Of a DNA stretch of 64,000 nucleotides, positions 25,601-37,029 are shown piece by piece. The translations under genes were made by a program, and so were the position numbers. Origin of the DNA: Ptychomitrium polyphyllum (Eukaryota); NCBI GenBank assembly GCA_973851085.1, contig OZ316776.1:2108001-2172000 (forward strand). Direction: 5' to 3'. The notes below the pieces were generated by a model, which was given only the letters and a program-made list of their open reading frames with translations, did no database searches and was not told the DNA's origin. How positions within the stretch are numbered: position 1 is the first letter of the stretch; each line of letters opens with the position of its first letter.

Positions 25601-26128
25601 AAGCTTTTGTTGGAAAAGGCACAAAAGCGGTACGAGAAACAAGTCAATGCCGGAAGACATGAAGTGGAGTATGAAGAAGGCCAAAAGGTATTGTTGAATG
25701 TGAAGAACTTTAGCTTGCCCGAAGGCCTCACTCCAAAGTTCATGTCCAAGTTTGCGGAGCTGTTTTCCATTGTGGAGCGGATGTTTAAAGATGTGTACAA
25801 GTTGGAGCTACCACCCAAAATCAAAGTGCACCCAACATTTCATGTCTCTCTTCTTAAGCCATTCAAAAAGGATACCTTGTGGCCCAATCGCAAGCAAGTA
25901 ATTCGGCCACCGCCGAAATTGGTGGGCGACCACTTGGAATACGAAGTAGAAGGAATTTTCAAGTGTAGGCACCACAAGAAAGTAGGAAAAGAGTATTTGA
26001 TGAAGTGGAGAGAGTACTATGAAAAAGAAGCAACTTGGGTAGTAGCCAAGGACTTGGGAAATGCCAATGAAGTGGTGGAATGCTTTGAAATGGATAGGAA
26101 CTCCAACAAAAGACAACGTCGGCATTGA
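22687..26128 (+). pseudogene. pol (protease, RT, RNaseH, integrase, chromodomain), disrupted
   Basis: [10 protein letters not shown] (PR), [10 protein letters not shown] (RT), VHTDASDFAIG (RH), H-H-C-C zinc finger and SMDF/DRD/GQTER (INT), YEVEGI...YLMKW (chromodomain). Frameshift near 23895, TAA near 24017, duplication at 24532-24585, TGA near 24629. Confidence 0.93.
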
Positions 26129-26888
26129 TGAGGACATCAATATCTTTTAGTAGGGGGAGAGAGGCTTGTAGTAGTAATTTCTTCACATCATGTATTGATT
26201 CCTTGACTTATGGCAATAAACTTCAACTTTTGTGTGTGCAAAGAGAAGAGTATAAGATGACGTTCTAGTCTTGTGCTTGTGCTAAGTTGGTAGAAGAGGG
26301 GGAATAAACATGTAAAACCAAGTTGGGAAGGCCGAGTAATGGGGAGCAAGGCTGGGAGGAGGAATGGTTAAAACCATGAAACCTTCTCGCCTCGGGCTTG
26401 TCCGGGCAAGGATAAGGTAATGGCGCATGCTCATAATAGCGCCACTCCTACAAACTAATAAAAGTTAGTGCATGGGAGTCATGAACCCATGTCTCAATAG
26501 AGATAGTGGGATCCAAGTTGGGCGGAACTTGGCATTACCCTCGTGCGATCAAATCGTGGAATAAAAGCTACCTTGGGTTTGCAACCAAGACAACTTAGTG
26601 GAGCATTGAGGTCCATCCTAGTCAGGAAGGTAGAGTTAGGGAAGTATAGCCTAATTAGGGAGTTTATCCCAAGAGAATTTCAAAGTAGTTTAGGGCCCTA
26701 GGAATTTTGTCTAGGGTGCCTTAACAGACCACCTCCTAAACGACAACTTTGAAACTTTGCCAAAGACTTATGAATGCATTGTGGGGAACGCACACTGGAT
26801 GAAACACAATGCTACACCACTAGAGCATGGCAACCTTGGAATTGGTATGCCAACTTCAACTATAATCGATGAGGGCATTGACTCCATT

Positions 26889-26902
26889 AAGGTAGAGGTG
26901 AG
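26889..26902 (+). promoter_or_regulatory. polypurine tract
   Basis: AAGGTAGAGGTGAG immediately before the 3' LTR. Confidence 0.7.
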
Positions 26903-28047
26903 TGTCGCGCACCTCTTTTTGAGGAGTACTCGCAATACTAAAGGCACAATGGAGATCCTTGAGTGACGTCCGGGACTTGTAGCGCCGATAGTGAAAGGAA
27001 CCGAGTGGGCCTAGCGTGGGAAGGACCTCTAGGGGGAGAAACATCCCTGGCCATGTAAACCAAGGGCCACAAGGGATAAATCGTAGGCATTAGAGGAATC
27101 ACAAAGAGCTGATTCTAGAATGCTAAAGATTGCTCAAATCGGACAAGGGAGCTAAAAGTTATGGCATCCCAAAGTTGGAGTTGCCAAGGGGCTGTTCTAG
27201 ACTGTGGCAGCCCTACACAGTGACTGTACTGGAGTGGGACAGTCCAGGGAGGGACTCCCCGGGAGTCCCGAACCTTGGGAGAGGCGTATCTCCCACAATA
27301 CTAACTCAAATCAGACGTTTGAGGAGTCTATCGGCATCTACGCAAAGAGTAGATGACAATAGAGTGATCTTTTGATACATTCGGGCATTGGATGAGGAAG
27401 ATATGGCTCCGTAAAGGTCCGATGGGAGTCCCGGAGGCTTCCAACGGCTAAGTCCTAAGGGAGATCGGGTGGTCTCCCAAAACTTTAGATGTGTCGGGGT
27501 TCAGCCAGCTACAGAGGGCCAGGGGGCCTGCCAAATCCCACAAAGAGTACTATAAGGGAGGGCTGGTCCCCCTCCCCACTCCCCTAGTGTCCTGGTAGAG
27601 ACCAAGGGTGAGTCCCGGTTGGTGGAGCTAGTGTTGGAGCTTCACCACGGGGGCTCCTACACCATTATGAGCCGGAAGATGGCCGGTTTCACGGAGGGAA
27701 CTAGCACGTTTAAAAATGTACGCTTGTTACTAATAAGTTGGGGTGGTGTCTTCACGCCGGCATCATAATGGCCTGGGGTGATCTTAGGATCGCATGGGGA
27801 TCATGAGTGGTGGTGAGGAGACACCACTAAGTGCGGTTAGGCCGTATGGAATGGAAGTAACATCAAGTGAGGCCTTGGACATGAATAGAAGTCCGCACCT
27901 AACCATTGGCTACCAATCAATTGGGTGTCCTAAGAGAAATGGTAGAAAAACTTGGAAAATGAGAATGGGAGTTAGCTATGTGTATGTGGGGGTATACAGG
28001 GTTGACGCGCGTGACGCTTGCTAAGGTGCATTTCAAGGGTTGTGACA
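26903..28047 (+). repeat. 3' LTR
   Basis: TGTCGCG...TTGTGACA followed by TSD GGTAC. Confidence 0.96.
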
Positions 28048-28052
28048 GGTAC

Positions 28053-29910
28053 TATTGTAAGGTTGATGTTTTAGTAATTGATTTGTATTCTTTATAATTT
28101 TGATATTGATGGGGTATATCTTGATTAGTCTCTTGTATAAAGCCAGACATTGGTGTCTCTTGTATAAAGCCAGACATTTGTTTTTCAACTCCATCATTGT
28201 GTCTTGTGCCTTAAAGGCAGATTCCTTGATTTGACAATTATACACTTTATTTCCAAACTTGCCTCAATATAAACATAAGTTTCTTCTTTGACGCATTTTT
28301 TTTTCTTTTGGAATCAAACATCTAAATTTGGCAATATTAATTTGCATAGATTTTGGTCCTTGTGATTGGCTTTCCAATACTTTTGAAGAAGTGGTTGCCA
28401 TACCTTGATGTATCAGGTGCCATTCCAAGAGTTATTCTTGTTGCCTCTTAAATAATTTATTGTTACATGCTATTGGTTGAGAAATTAATTTTGTCCAATG
28501 TTTCATTCTTTGACATTGTGTGTAGAAAATCTTTCACATTCTCTTCAAAGTCCCATTGAAATCGTATGACCAAGGCCTTATTGTTCCAATCAAAGTTGCA
28601 AGATAGTTGGCAAAACTCTATAGCATATATAGTAGCCAAGCTCTGTCCTTGTTGTAGACTTTAGATCCTTGTTTGAGCCACCTTTTCTAGGTCAGTGTCT
28701 CCAAAGGTAGATATCAATGCTTCCATGAAAGCATCTAATTTGTTCAATAATGGTGACTGCTTCTCCATTAATGGTGCAAACCACAATAGTGCATTGTTTG
28801 ATAAAAGAGTGGCTATAAATTCCACTTGAGTAATGTCATCAGAATAGCGAGATTGATGCAAATTAAAAAATAATCCTTACTTGTTGAATAAAGCCTTTCA
28901 ACTTTAATCTTGATATATCAAATTTGTTTGGCATATTAATCTTTGGCTTGACATGGTTTTAACGTAAGCTTTCTCTTCAAAAATTGGCCTCTTGCAATCA
29001 AACAACTTATTGATATAAACTTTGAAAATTGCCATTGGATTCATCAATTTGTCAAGTGTATTGTTTACATTGTTGGTAGTATTAAAGCAAGTAAGTTCCG
29101 TTTGAAAGTCTACAACAGTTGAAAACCTATTATCTGATGTTCTGGACTTATTTTCTATTATTTCAGACTATGAGAGACAAGAAGACTATGAATATCATCA
29201 AAGGATGGTAATCCGCATTCTTTGAAAGATTGATCCTTCTTCAAAAGAAATAATACTTGCTTTTAGAAGAAGAAACCAACTTTATAGTGTCAGCTTAGAA
29301 GAGGTTAATTTGCAACCTCTAAAGCACTATGGAATTCTAAAGAAGATGGATAATGTACTACCTTCTTCAAAGAGCCTTAGCTCTGATAAAGATGAAAAGT
29401 AATCTTGCCAAATTATTAGAGACATAAAAACCAAGAAGCAAAAACAAAGTGTTTTTTAAGAATTAGCTTCCAAAGAGCTAATAATCAAAAAGAAATGTTA
29501 TAGAGACTAGAGCAAGGCATGATACAATATGATCCAGAACTTGTATTGATAAGACTAAGGTATACGTTGTCTTGCTTCCTATTTATACTATGATGCTTGT
29601 ATTTCCTAGAATACTTCTAAAGAAGCTTCCTACTAGGCTTAAGAATGTTTTTGAAGTCTATGGAACCTTTTGAAGGAATTTTCTAAGATGGTGGAACTAT
29701 CCTCAGAAGCTTCCAAGGATTTGGAACCTTCCCAAGAAGCTTTTCAAAATGGTGAAACCTTCTTAGGAGGTTTTTCAAAGAGGTAGAACTTTCTTAGGAA
29801 GTTTTCTAAGGAAGTGGAAATGACAATGGAGACATTGAAAGTATTTTAAGAAGCACTATAATATATTAGAAGGTTCTAAAAGGTTCTAAAGATTATGTTG
29901 TATAACTTAT
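28053..29910 (-). mobile_element. 5' half (LTR, leader, degenerate gag, start of pol) of the old host gypsy element
   Basis: The reading frame rejoins across the TSD (KHQPYNST|IELQRG). Gag remnant QVEFIATLLSNNALLWFAPLMEK. LTR-like region about 29495-29910 with minus-strand TATAAATAGG and ~30-bp GGAAC...GAAGCTTTTC tandem units. Confidence 0.75.
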
Positions 29911-30059
29911 ATTGTTAAAGCTTTGCAATATATATAGAAGTCAAGCAATATTTTTGTTGTACACTTTGAATTTTTATTTCAGCCACCTTCTTTCAGGCGG
30001 TGTCTACAAATGTAGATGTCAACACTTCTATGAAAACGCTTAAGTTGCTTAGTACATAT

Positions 30060-31175
30060 GACTTCTTCTCCATTAATGGTATATACTACAATAGTGCATT
30101 ATTTGATAGAAGAGTAGCTATAAATCTTACTTGAGTAGTGTCATTAGGATATTAAGATTGATACAAATTATAAAAGAGCCTTAATTGTTGAACAAAGCCT
30201 CTCAACTTTGATTTTGATCCATTAAACTTGTCTAGCATACCAATCTTTGGCTCTGTATGGTTTTGATCCAAGACATCTCTTCCAATACTAGCCTCTCGCA
30301 ATCAAATCACTTCTTGATGTAGATTTTGAATATTGCCATTGAATTTTTCAACCTAACAAATGTACTGCTTTAAATCATTGGTAATGCTAAAGGGCACAAG
30401 CTCCGTTCAAATTGTGATTAATTACTGTTGAAAATTTGCAATAATTGCAACTAAAGACTTTTTACATCTTCAAGAAGAAAAATTACATACTTAAGACTGT
30501 TAGGGACAAAAAGTATATAAATATCTTCAAAAGAGGTTAATTTGCGTTTTCTGAAAGATTAATCCTTCTTCACAAAAAGTAGCAATTGTTTTTAGAAGAA
30601 AAAATTGACTTATGGTATCAACTTAGAAGATAGTAATCCACAACCTCCAAGATGCTTAATGATCCCAAATAGGATGAAAAATCCACTATCTTCTTCAAAA
30701 AAACTTTAGTTCTAATAAAAATGAGGAATAATCTTGCCAAATTGTTGAGAATATAAGAAAGACGAAGTAAATATAAAGTGGTTTCTAAAAATTAGCTTCC
30801 AAAGAGCTAATAATTAATAAGAATGGATACAAAGATTGGAACAAAGGCATAATACAATACAATCCACAACTTATGTTGGTAAGACCAAGGTATACCTTGT
30901 CTTGCTTCCTATTTATTTTATGACGCTTGTATTTTTAGGATACTTCTAAAGAAGCTTCTTATGAACCTTAAGAATGTTCTAGAAGTCTATGGAATTTCCT
31001 AAGAAGTTTTCCAAGAGGTGGAACATTCCTAAAAAGGAGGTGGAATTTTCTTAAAGTTTCCCAAGGCGGTGGAATAGCTATGGATGCACTAAAAGTATTC
31101 TAAAGAATTATTACAATGTACCAAAAGGTTCTAGAAGATTCTAAAGAAAATAAAGCATGATCTATGTGTGTGACA
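30060..31175 (-). mobile_element. second truncated copy (LTR + leader + gag start) of the same old gypsy family
   Basis: 30066-31140 aligns with 28762-29890 with scattered substitutions; ends in TGTGACA at 31175. Confidence 0.75.
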
Positions 31176-31528
31176 AAATCAACATTCTATAGTAAGGATG
31201 GATAATTAAGGTTGATTGATGATTGAAGTTTGAATTTACAACCGCTTAAGAGGTGACAATTGACCTAATTCTATATGAAGAGGCTTTTTTTAGTTCTAAA
31301 GTGATTCATTTCCATCATTAAAAATTAATGAAAATTAGTGAAGTGTGAATGGAAGCAAATTAAGGTGATTGGAATTGGAATGTGTAAAAGATAAAAGACT
31401 GTATGAACATGTAGGACCAACTTTCAAGTACGTTTTTAATATATACTTTTGTTATAAATGAATATTCGTAAGTTTTTCTAAAAACCTTTCTATTTATTGT
31501 ATTTATTGCATTTGAATTAGACCTTCTC

Positions 31529-31548
31529 ATATATATATATATATATAT
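31529..31548. repeat. (AT)n microsatellite
   Basis: About 10 AT units. Confidence 0.85.
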
Positions 31549-32609
31549 AAATACATATATTTATTTTATTTTAATTTTTTTGATATTTGAAGTAGCTGAT
31601 TTTGGAGTTTATTATGTTAAACTAGCAAATTTTCAATCAATTTAAAAAGTCATATTTACAACAAATTTTAATTGTAGATGAATCTATATTCTTGCATAAT
31701 TTCCTTATTTCCAATTTTTTAACCATTTTTAATATCAATTTGAATATTGGTTCCGTTTTAAATAGAAATTTTTCATCTATCTTTTAATTTAATTTCCTGC
31801 ATCTTTGATATATTGCATTTTCAACCAATTTCAAACTTATGACCTATCTAAAACCAAGAAAATCATATGAATACAAAATAAATCACATTTTAATGATTCT
31901 TGATTTTTTAATAATTAAGTGATGGTTGAAAAATATTAATTATTGAAATTAAGAAGTAATTCTATATAATTAACTTCCATACTATAGACATAGGCAATAA
32001 GACAAACAAATATATAATTTATGCATACGGACTTCTATAGAAAATAAAATAATTTTAGATTTTTATATTGTAACATGTAACTTTTAATTTCTATCAAAAT
32101 TTAGTTATAAAATATCAATGTAGCACATGATAATTTGATATTATAAACATAACAGCTTTGTAGAAAAAAGTATTATAAGTATGGAATTTTTTGAATATAA
32201 ACTCAAAAAACTATCAAAGCTATTTAAATATCATTGCTTTAAGAAAAAAAAGTTTTCATATCTTCAAATTTTGATTTTTTAATATAAAATATAACAGTTG
32301 TATTTATTAAATGAAAAATGCATAAATCAGAATGTTTAAAACATTTCTAGATTTTCTAAAAATACTTTAATATCATAAAAATGATGGAGGTATTTAATAT
32401 TTTAACCAATAATAATTAGCAAAATATTGCATGACAGACAAATCCCTTCACATGGCTCTTTAAGGTGCAAGATGGCCAAGCCTTCTTTCCATGACCATTG
32501 TAACTGTTAATGTCAATGATCATCTAAACTAGCTGTTACGACTTAGTTTGTAACATTACCCCCCTCTTAGCATTGAATTTCCTCTCTAATTTGGCCTTAG
32601 CGCTTGAAG

Positions 32610-33830
32610 ATGAAACCTGTGAAACTCCGCAATGACATCAAGCGCATTTTTGAGATTTTTAGCTAGTTCCTAGGAATTCTCCTTGGGTCCATATTCCTCC
32701 CATGAAACCAGATAGTATAGCTTCTTCCAATGACCAAATAATCCTAAATCCAAAACTTGCTGGACCTGCCATTCAATGTCTCTGTTTGGAGTAACAATTG
32801 ATGGAAGGGATGTCTGGTGGCAACTTGTGATGGTCTCTTGGTGGTACCGTTTAAATAGCGGCACGTGAAACACATTGTGAATACAAAGTGTCTTAGGCAG
32901 CTTCAAGTGGTAAACTAAATCTGAGAGCTTAGATATTATCAGAAATGGCTCCAATAATTTAAAAACTAACTTTTGTGATGGTTTAGTTGTGGCAATATTT
33001 TGATGTTGAAGAAGGACCTTCTTGCCAATTTGGATAGTTGGCTGCAATGTTGCTGCTCGATCATAATTGCTTATAACTTGTATTTCTGCTATTTGAATCA
33101 TAATTTTTAATTCTTTGTGGACCTATTGCAAATATCGCACTTTGTCTTCAGCCACTAGAACTATGGATGAGGTTAGTGTTATAAATAATAATGCTGGATA
33201 ATACCCGTATGTAGCGTAAAAAAGAGAGAATTTCATTGCAACATGAGAAGCATTATTGTATACAAATGCGGCAAAGGGCAAAAGATCCACCCAGTCACCT
33301 TGGCATTTAATAGTAAACATTCATAAGAATTGTTCAAAAACCTAGTCTAATCTCTCTGTTTGACCATCCTTTGAGGATAAAAGGCTATTGTTAGAGATGG
33401 TTTACTTTAAAGGAGTGCATATAACCTTGTCAAAAAAAATTATACAAAAATTGGACCCTAATTTGATATGACTTCTTCTAGTGTTCCATGATGCTTCCAA
33501 ACATGTTGCAAATATAACGATGCAGTTTCTTGAGAATCTATTGTTTTCTTTGTAGAAACAAAATGGCCCAATTTAGTATTATTGTTTACGACCACCATAA
33601 TTGAGTTGTATTCGTTGCTAATTGGTAACTTCACAATAAAATCAATAGAAATTCGTTTCTATAGTGCATGCATGGTTGGCATCAATTGCATTAGCCTATA
33701 TCAAGCATAATGCGTAGATTTTGATCATTGGCAAATATCACACTTGTGAACATAGCGATAAATATACCGACAAATAATAAGCCAATAAAATATTCTTATG
33801 GCCAATTCTAAAGTCTTCGCCCATCTCTAG
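32610..33830 (-). pseudogene. integrase + chromodomain remnant
   Basis: WAKTLEL, ISIDFIVKLP, DWVDLLPFAAFVYNN, IHNVFHVPLFK, WQVQQVLD...YLVSWEEYGPKENS. Confidence 0.88.
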
Positions 33831-35591
33831 TGTGAACTAAAATACCATCTCACTAATTGAAACAATCCCTAGCTCACATGTTTTTTTTTATATTAATATG
33901 TGTAAAGCGTTATGTAGAAATTGTGATGGATCTCTGGCCTATTTAACTTTTAATGAGCAATGTGAAGTCTAAATTGACCCCGACTTCACCCTAATCCTAA
34001 CCCTAATGGATGAACTTGGATGAATTTGGATGAACTTATATTAAGGTTTTTATCATCTAAGATTTATAAGGTAAAAAATAAAAGTATAATAAAAAATAAA
34101 AAGTAAAAAGACATGATATTCACCTAGAGGCAAAATTAATAAAAAATAAAAGTAATTATAGTTAAATTTTATGGTAAAGCAAATGAAGAAGGGGTTTACT
34201 TAAGGAACAAGTCAACGCAATAAAAACAAAAGAGAAGAAAAAAACAATCTAGGGATGCTCCAATCAAGGCAGCAAGTCCTTTTTCACAAAACAGGCCGTG
34301 GTTTTTTGTCTTTAATCCAATTTTTGAGTGCTTCTAGTTTTTGAAAAGCTAACTTAAGGAGCTAACAGCCATAAAAATCTCAGCTTCAAGCTTGTTGTAG
34401 TTCGTTCGGAATTGTCTTTCAAAGTTGGTCCTCTAAATTGGGAGGAGGCAGCAGACCCCCCGCTACCAAATTGGTCGCCATTTCTTCCATACCTCTTCAA
34501 ATTGAGCATTCTTTGGCTTGTTGAAAATCCTATAACTTGTCTTACAAATCTTCTAACTTATAGGTTCTACACTTGCACAAGGAGGGACTAACGGCCCACA
34601 ATCCAAACCCTATTTGCCGCAGTAACCCTCAAAGCACCTTCCACTAAATTGCTTGTTTATTCCTTATCATAGCTTTGATTCAAGCATGCTTTAGCTTGTT
34701 GAAAAGCTTATAACCTCTTCTACCAATCCTATGAATTTCAACTCCTACACTTGCACAATGAGGGACTGATGGCCCATAATCTGAACCCTAGTTGTTGCCC
34801 TTCATGCTCTTATACTAACTTCTCTTGCTCATAACTAACTTCTATTTGCTAAAAATTAATTGTGTTAAACTAATGGTTTAATTACTCCAAAACCTAATCC
34901 TAGGTTTAATTATTTTTTGCTCAAAAGACTAAGCAGTGTGTTCCAAACTAACTCTTGTTTGCTAAAAATAACTAAATATATCTTTGCTTGCCTTCTCCTC
35001 CTTTTTATAGGGAACCTCACTTTTCTACTCCATTCTCATTGATTGCTAAAATTTCTAAGTCACTTGATCCTAATTCATACTTTTACTTTACCCTAAATGT
35101 AGCTGCTGCTTTAAATTTAGCAATTTTTTTCTAAATTTAATTGCAATTCTAAAATCAGCAGCAATTTTAGATTTTTAATATTGTTCTAAATTTAGCTATT
35201 TTTAAGATTTAGCAATTGTTACAAATTAATCTAAATTTAGCAATTATGCTCTTTTTAGCTACTATCTTAAATTTAACTACTGTTTTTAACTTTAGTTGCT
35301 ATTTTAATTAGAGCACTATTCTAATTAGTAGTAACCCCTTATCTAATTATCTCACTTCCTACTTGTCTAATTTTGGGAATTTATTCTCTTTTCTCTAATT
35401 CTTTCTATTTATTAGACTTCACCATCATAGGTAGTAAGCATGTGCCCACATTACACTAAAATCTCTTTAAAGATCCATTACACCCGTAATTTGGCCCCTG
35501 GATCCTAATTAGGCCTAACTCTATTTATATACATCATTTTTTAGCAATTTTTAAGAGAAAAAATTATAATGTGCTAATTCCTTAGCTCACA
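33831..35591 (-). repeat. 3' LTR (~1761 bp) of the nested element
   Basis: TG...CA termini with short inverted repeats; homologous to 40911-41643. Confidence 0.75.
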
Positions 35592-37029
35592 TATGGTGAC
35601 CATCTGAGACAGCTTATAGAGGCAGAGAACCTAGAATAACTAAGAGAGAAGAAAAAGAAGATTGGCTACATGGTCAGAATTAAAGTTGTGACTTTTACAG
35701 CAAGTAGGTAGAAGAGTTGATTGTAAGCAAGGAATTAGAAGAGAATGGAATTATGATAAGATGGAAGTTAAAGAAGATGGCTAATCCAAAAGTAGAGAGC
35801 TACTAGATTGAAATAAGAGTTTTGTTTGAAGAAAAGTTAGCAAGAATTTGGACAACTTACATATCCTCAGTTGGCGTCAGTTAGTAATTTTTCCTACTCA
35901 ACCACTAGCTCATCGGGATAGCTTACTATGTAGCAGGATTTTAATCCAAATTACATCAATTTCAACCATTCTATTGACCAACTGTCCAACCTTCTGTAGG
36001 ATGTTTACCAGTATGAATGATTGGAAGAAGTTGGAAGCAATGGTTTAAGGGAAATGAAGTCTATACAAAGTGGAATTGTTAGGACTAGATTAGAGCAAAT
36101 TTTGTGGTTAGTGGACTTTGTGCACTAATCGTAAGACTTGCTAGACCTAGATCAACTATGTGTTGTTGCTTTTATGAATTGGGGATGATGAGGGAAATTC
36201 AACCCTCACATAAGGTACTCCTTACATCAGGTGCATTCTTGCAATCACAGTTGTTGTCATCATGATGTTTTGCAATAGCAATGGACTTCAAGGTTTACTT
36301 GAAGTCTTGAACCTTATGAAATGGAATCCTAGGATTGCTACCTACTAAGTCTCTTGTCAAATTCCAAGCCATGATTCCATCTTCATTTACAAAGTCTATT
36401 GTATAAGTTGGTCCACTGCCATCCTTATGTTTTTTAAGTGCTTGCCGAATACTTTTATCAACTTTTAGTTTAACCCCTGGATTTAATCCGCCTTGCTGTA
36501 CTATATTGCCACCGTTTTCAATTGCAAGAACCTTAAAGCCTTGCAAAATTGAAATTGTTGTGTTAATGTTCTTATTAGCCAACACATTATTCAGTTGGGC
36601 ACTACTGTGATTTTTCTCAAGGAATTTTGATGTTGACAAACACTGGAAATTAATTCTGGCTCCAAATTAACAACTAAAAGACTTATTAAGTCTATGATTA
36701 GATCTAATTGTGCTAATTTGGTGTCAAAAATTCCTCTGTTAATTAGTTCTTAAGCATTCTTCACTATATCTTTAGTTTTTGAAAAAAAATTCCATGATTT
36801 AAGCTTGGTTGATGATAGGGCTTTAGAAGACGACCTGGTCTTGATTGTATTGGCTTCACAAGTATTGTTACCATCCAAGGGTGGCATACCAAGGTTTGAC
36901 ATAGGCTGGGGCTGGTTGAGTACTGAACTTCTATCATCTAATGGAGTTGAGTGTGTCCAAACTATTTTGGCCTCCAAATAATTAGATGACAAATTGGAAT
37001 TGGAATCTGGATGCTTCACTAGCCATATA

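Larger units (their letters stand above)
20193..28047 (+). mobile_element. full-length Ty3/gypsy chromovirus LTR retrotransposon (7855 bp), coding-defective
   Basis: 1145-bp direct repeats with TG...CA ends; 5-bp TSD GGTAC (20188-20192, 28048-28052); PBS and PPT; domain order gag-PR-RT-RH-INT-chromodomain. Confidence 0.97.

Noticed and set aside
20420..28024. Duplicated 81-aa and 76-aa ORFs
   Set aside because: They lie within the two LTRs and are duplicated only for that reason.
33988..34006. Interstitial telomere
   Set aside because: Only ~3 imperfect CCCTAA units, present in both LTR copies as part of the element.
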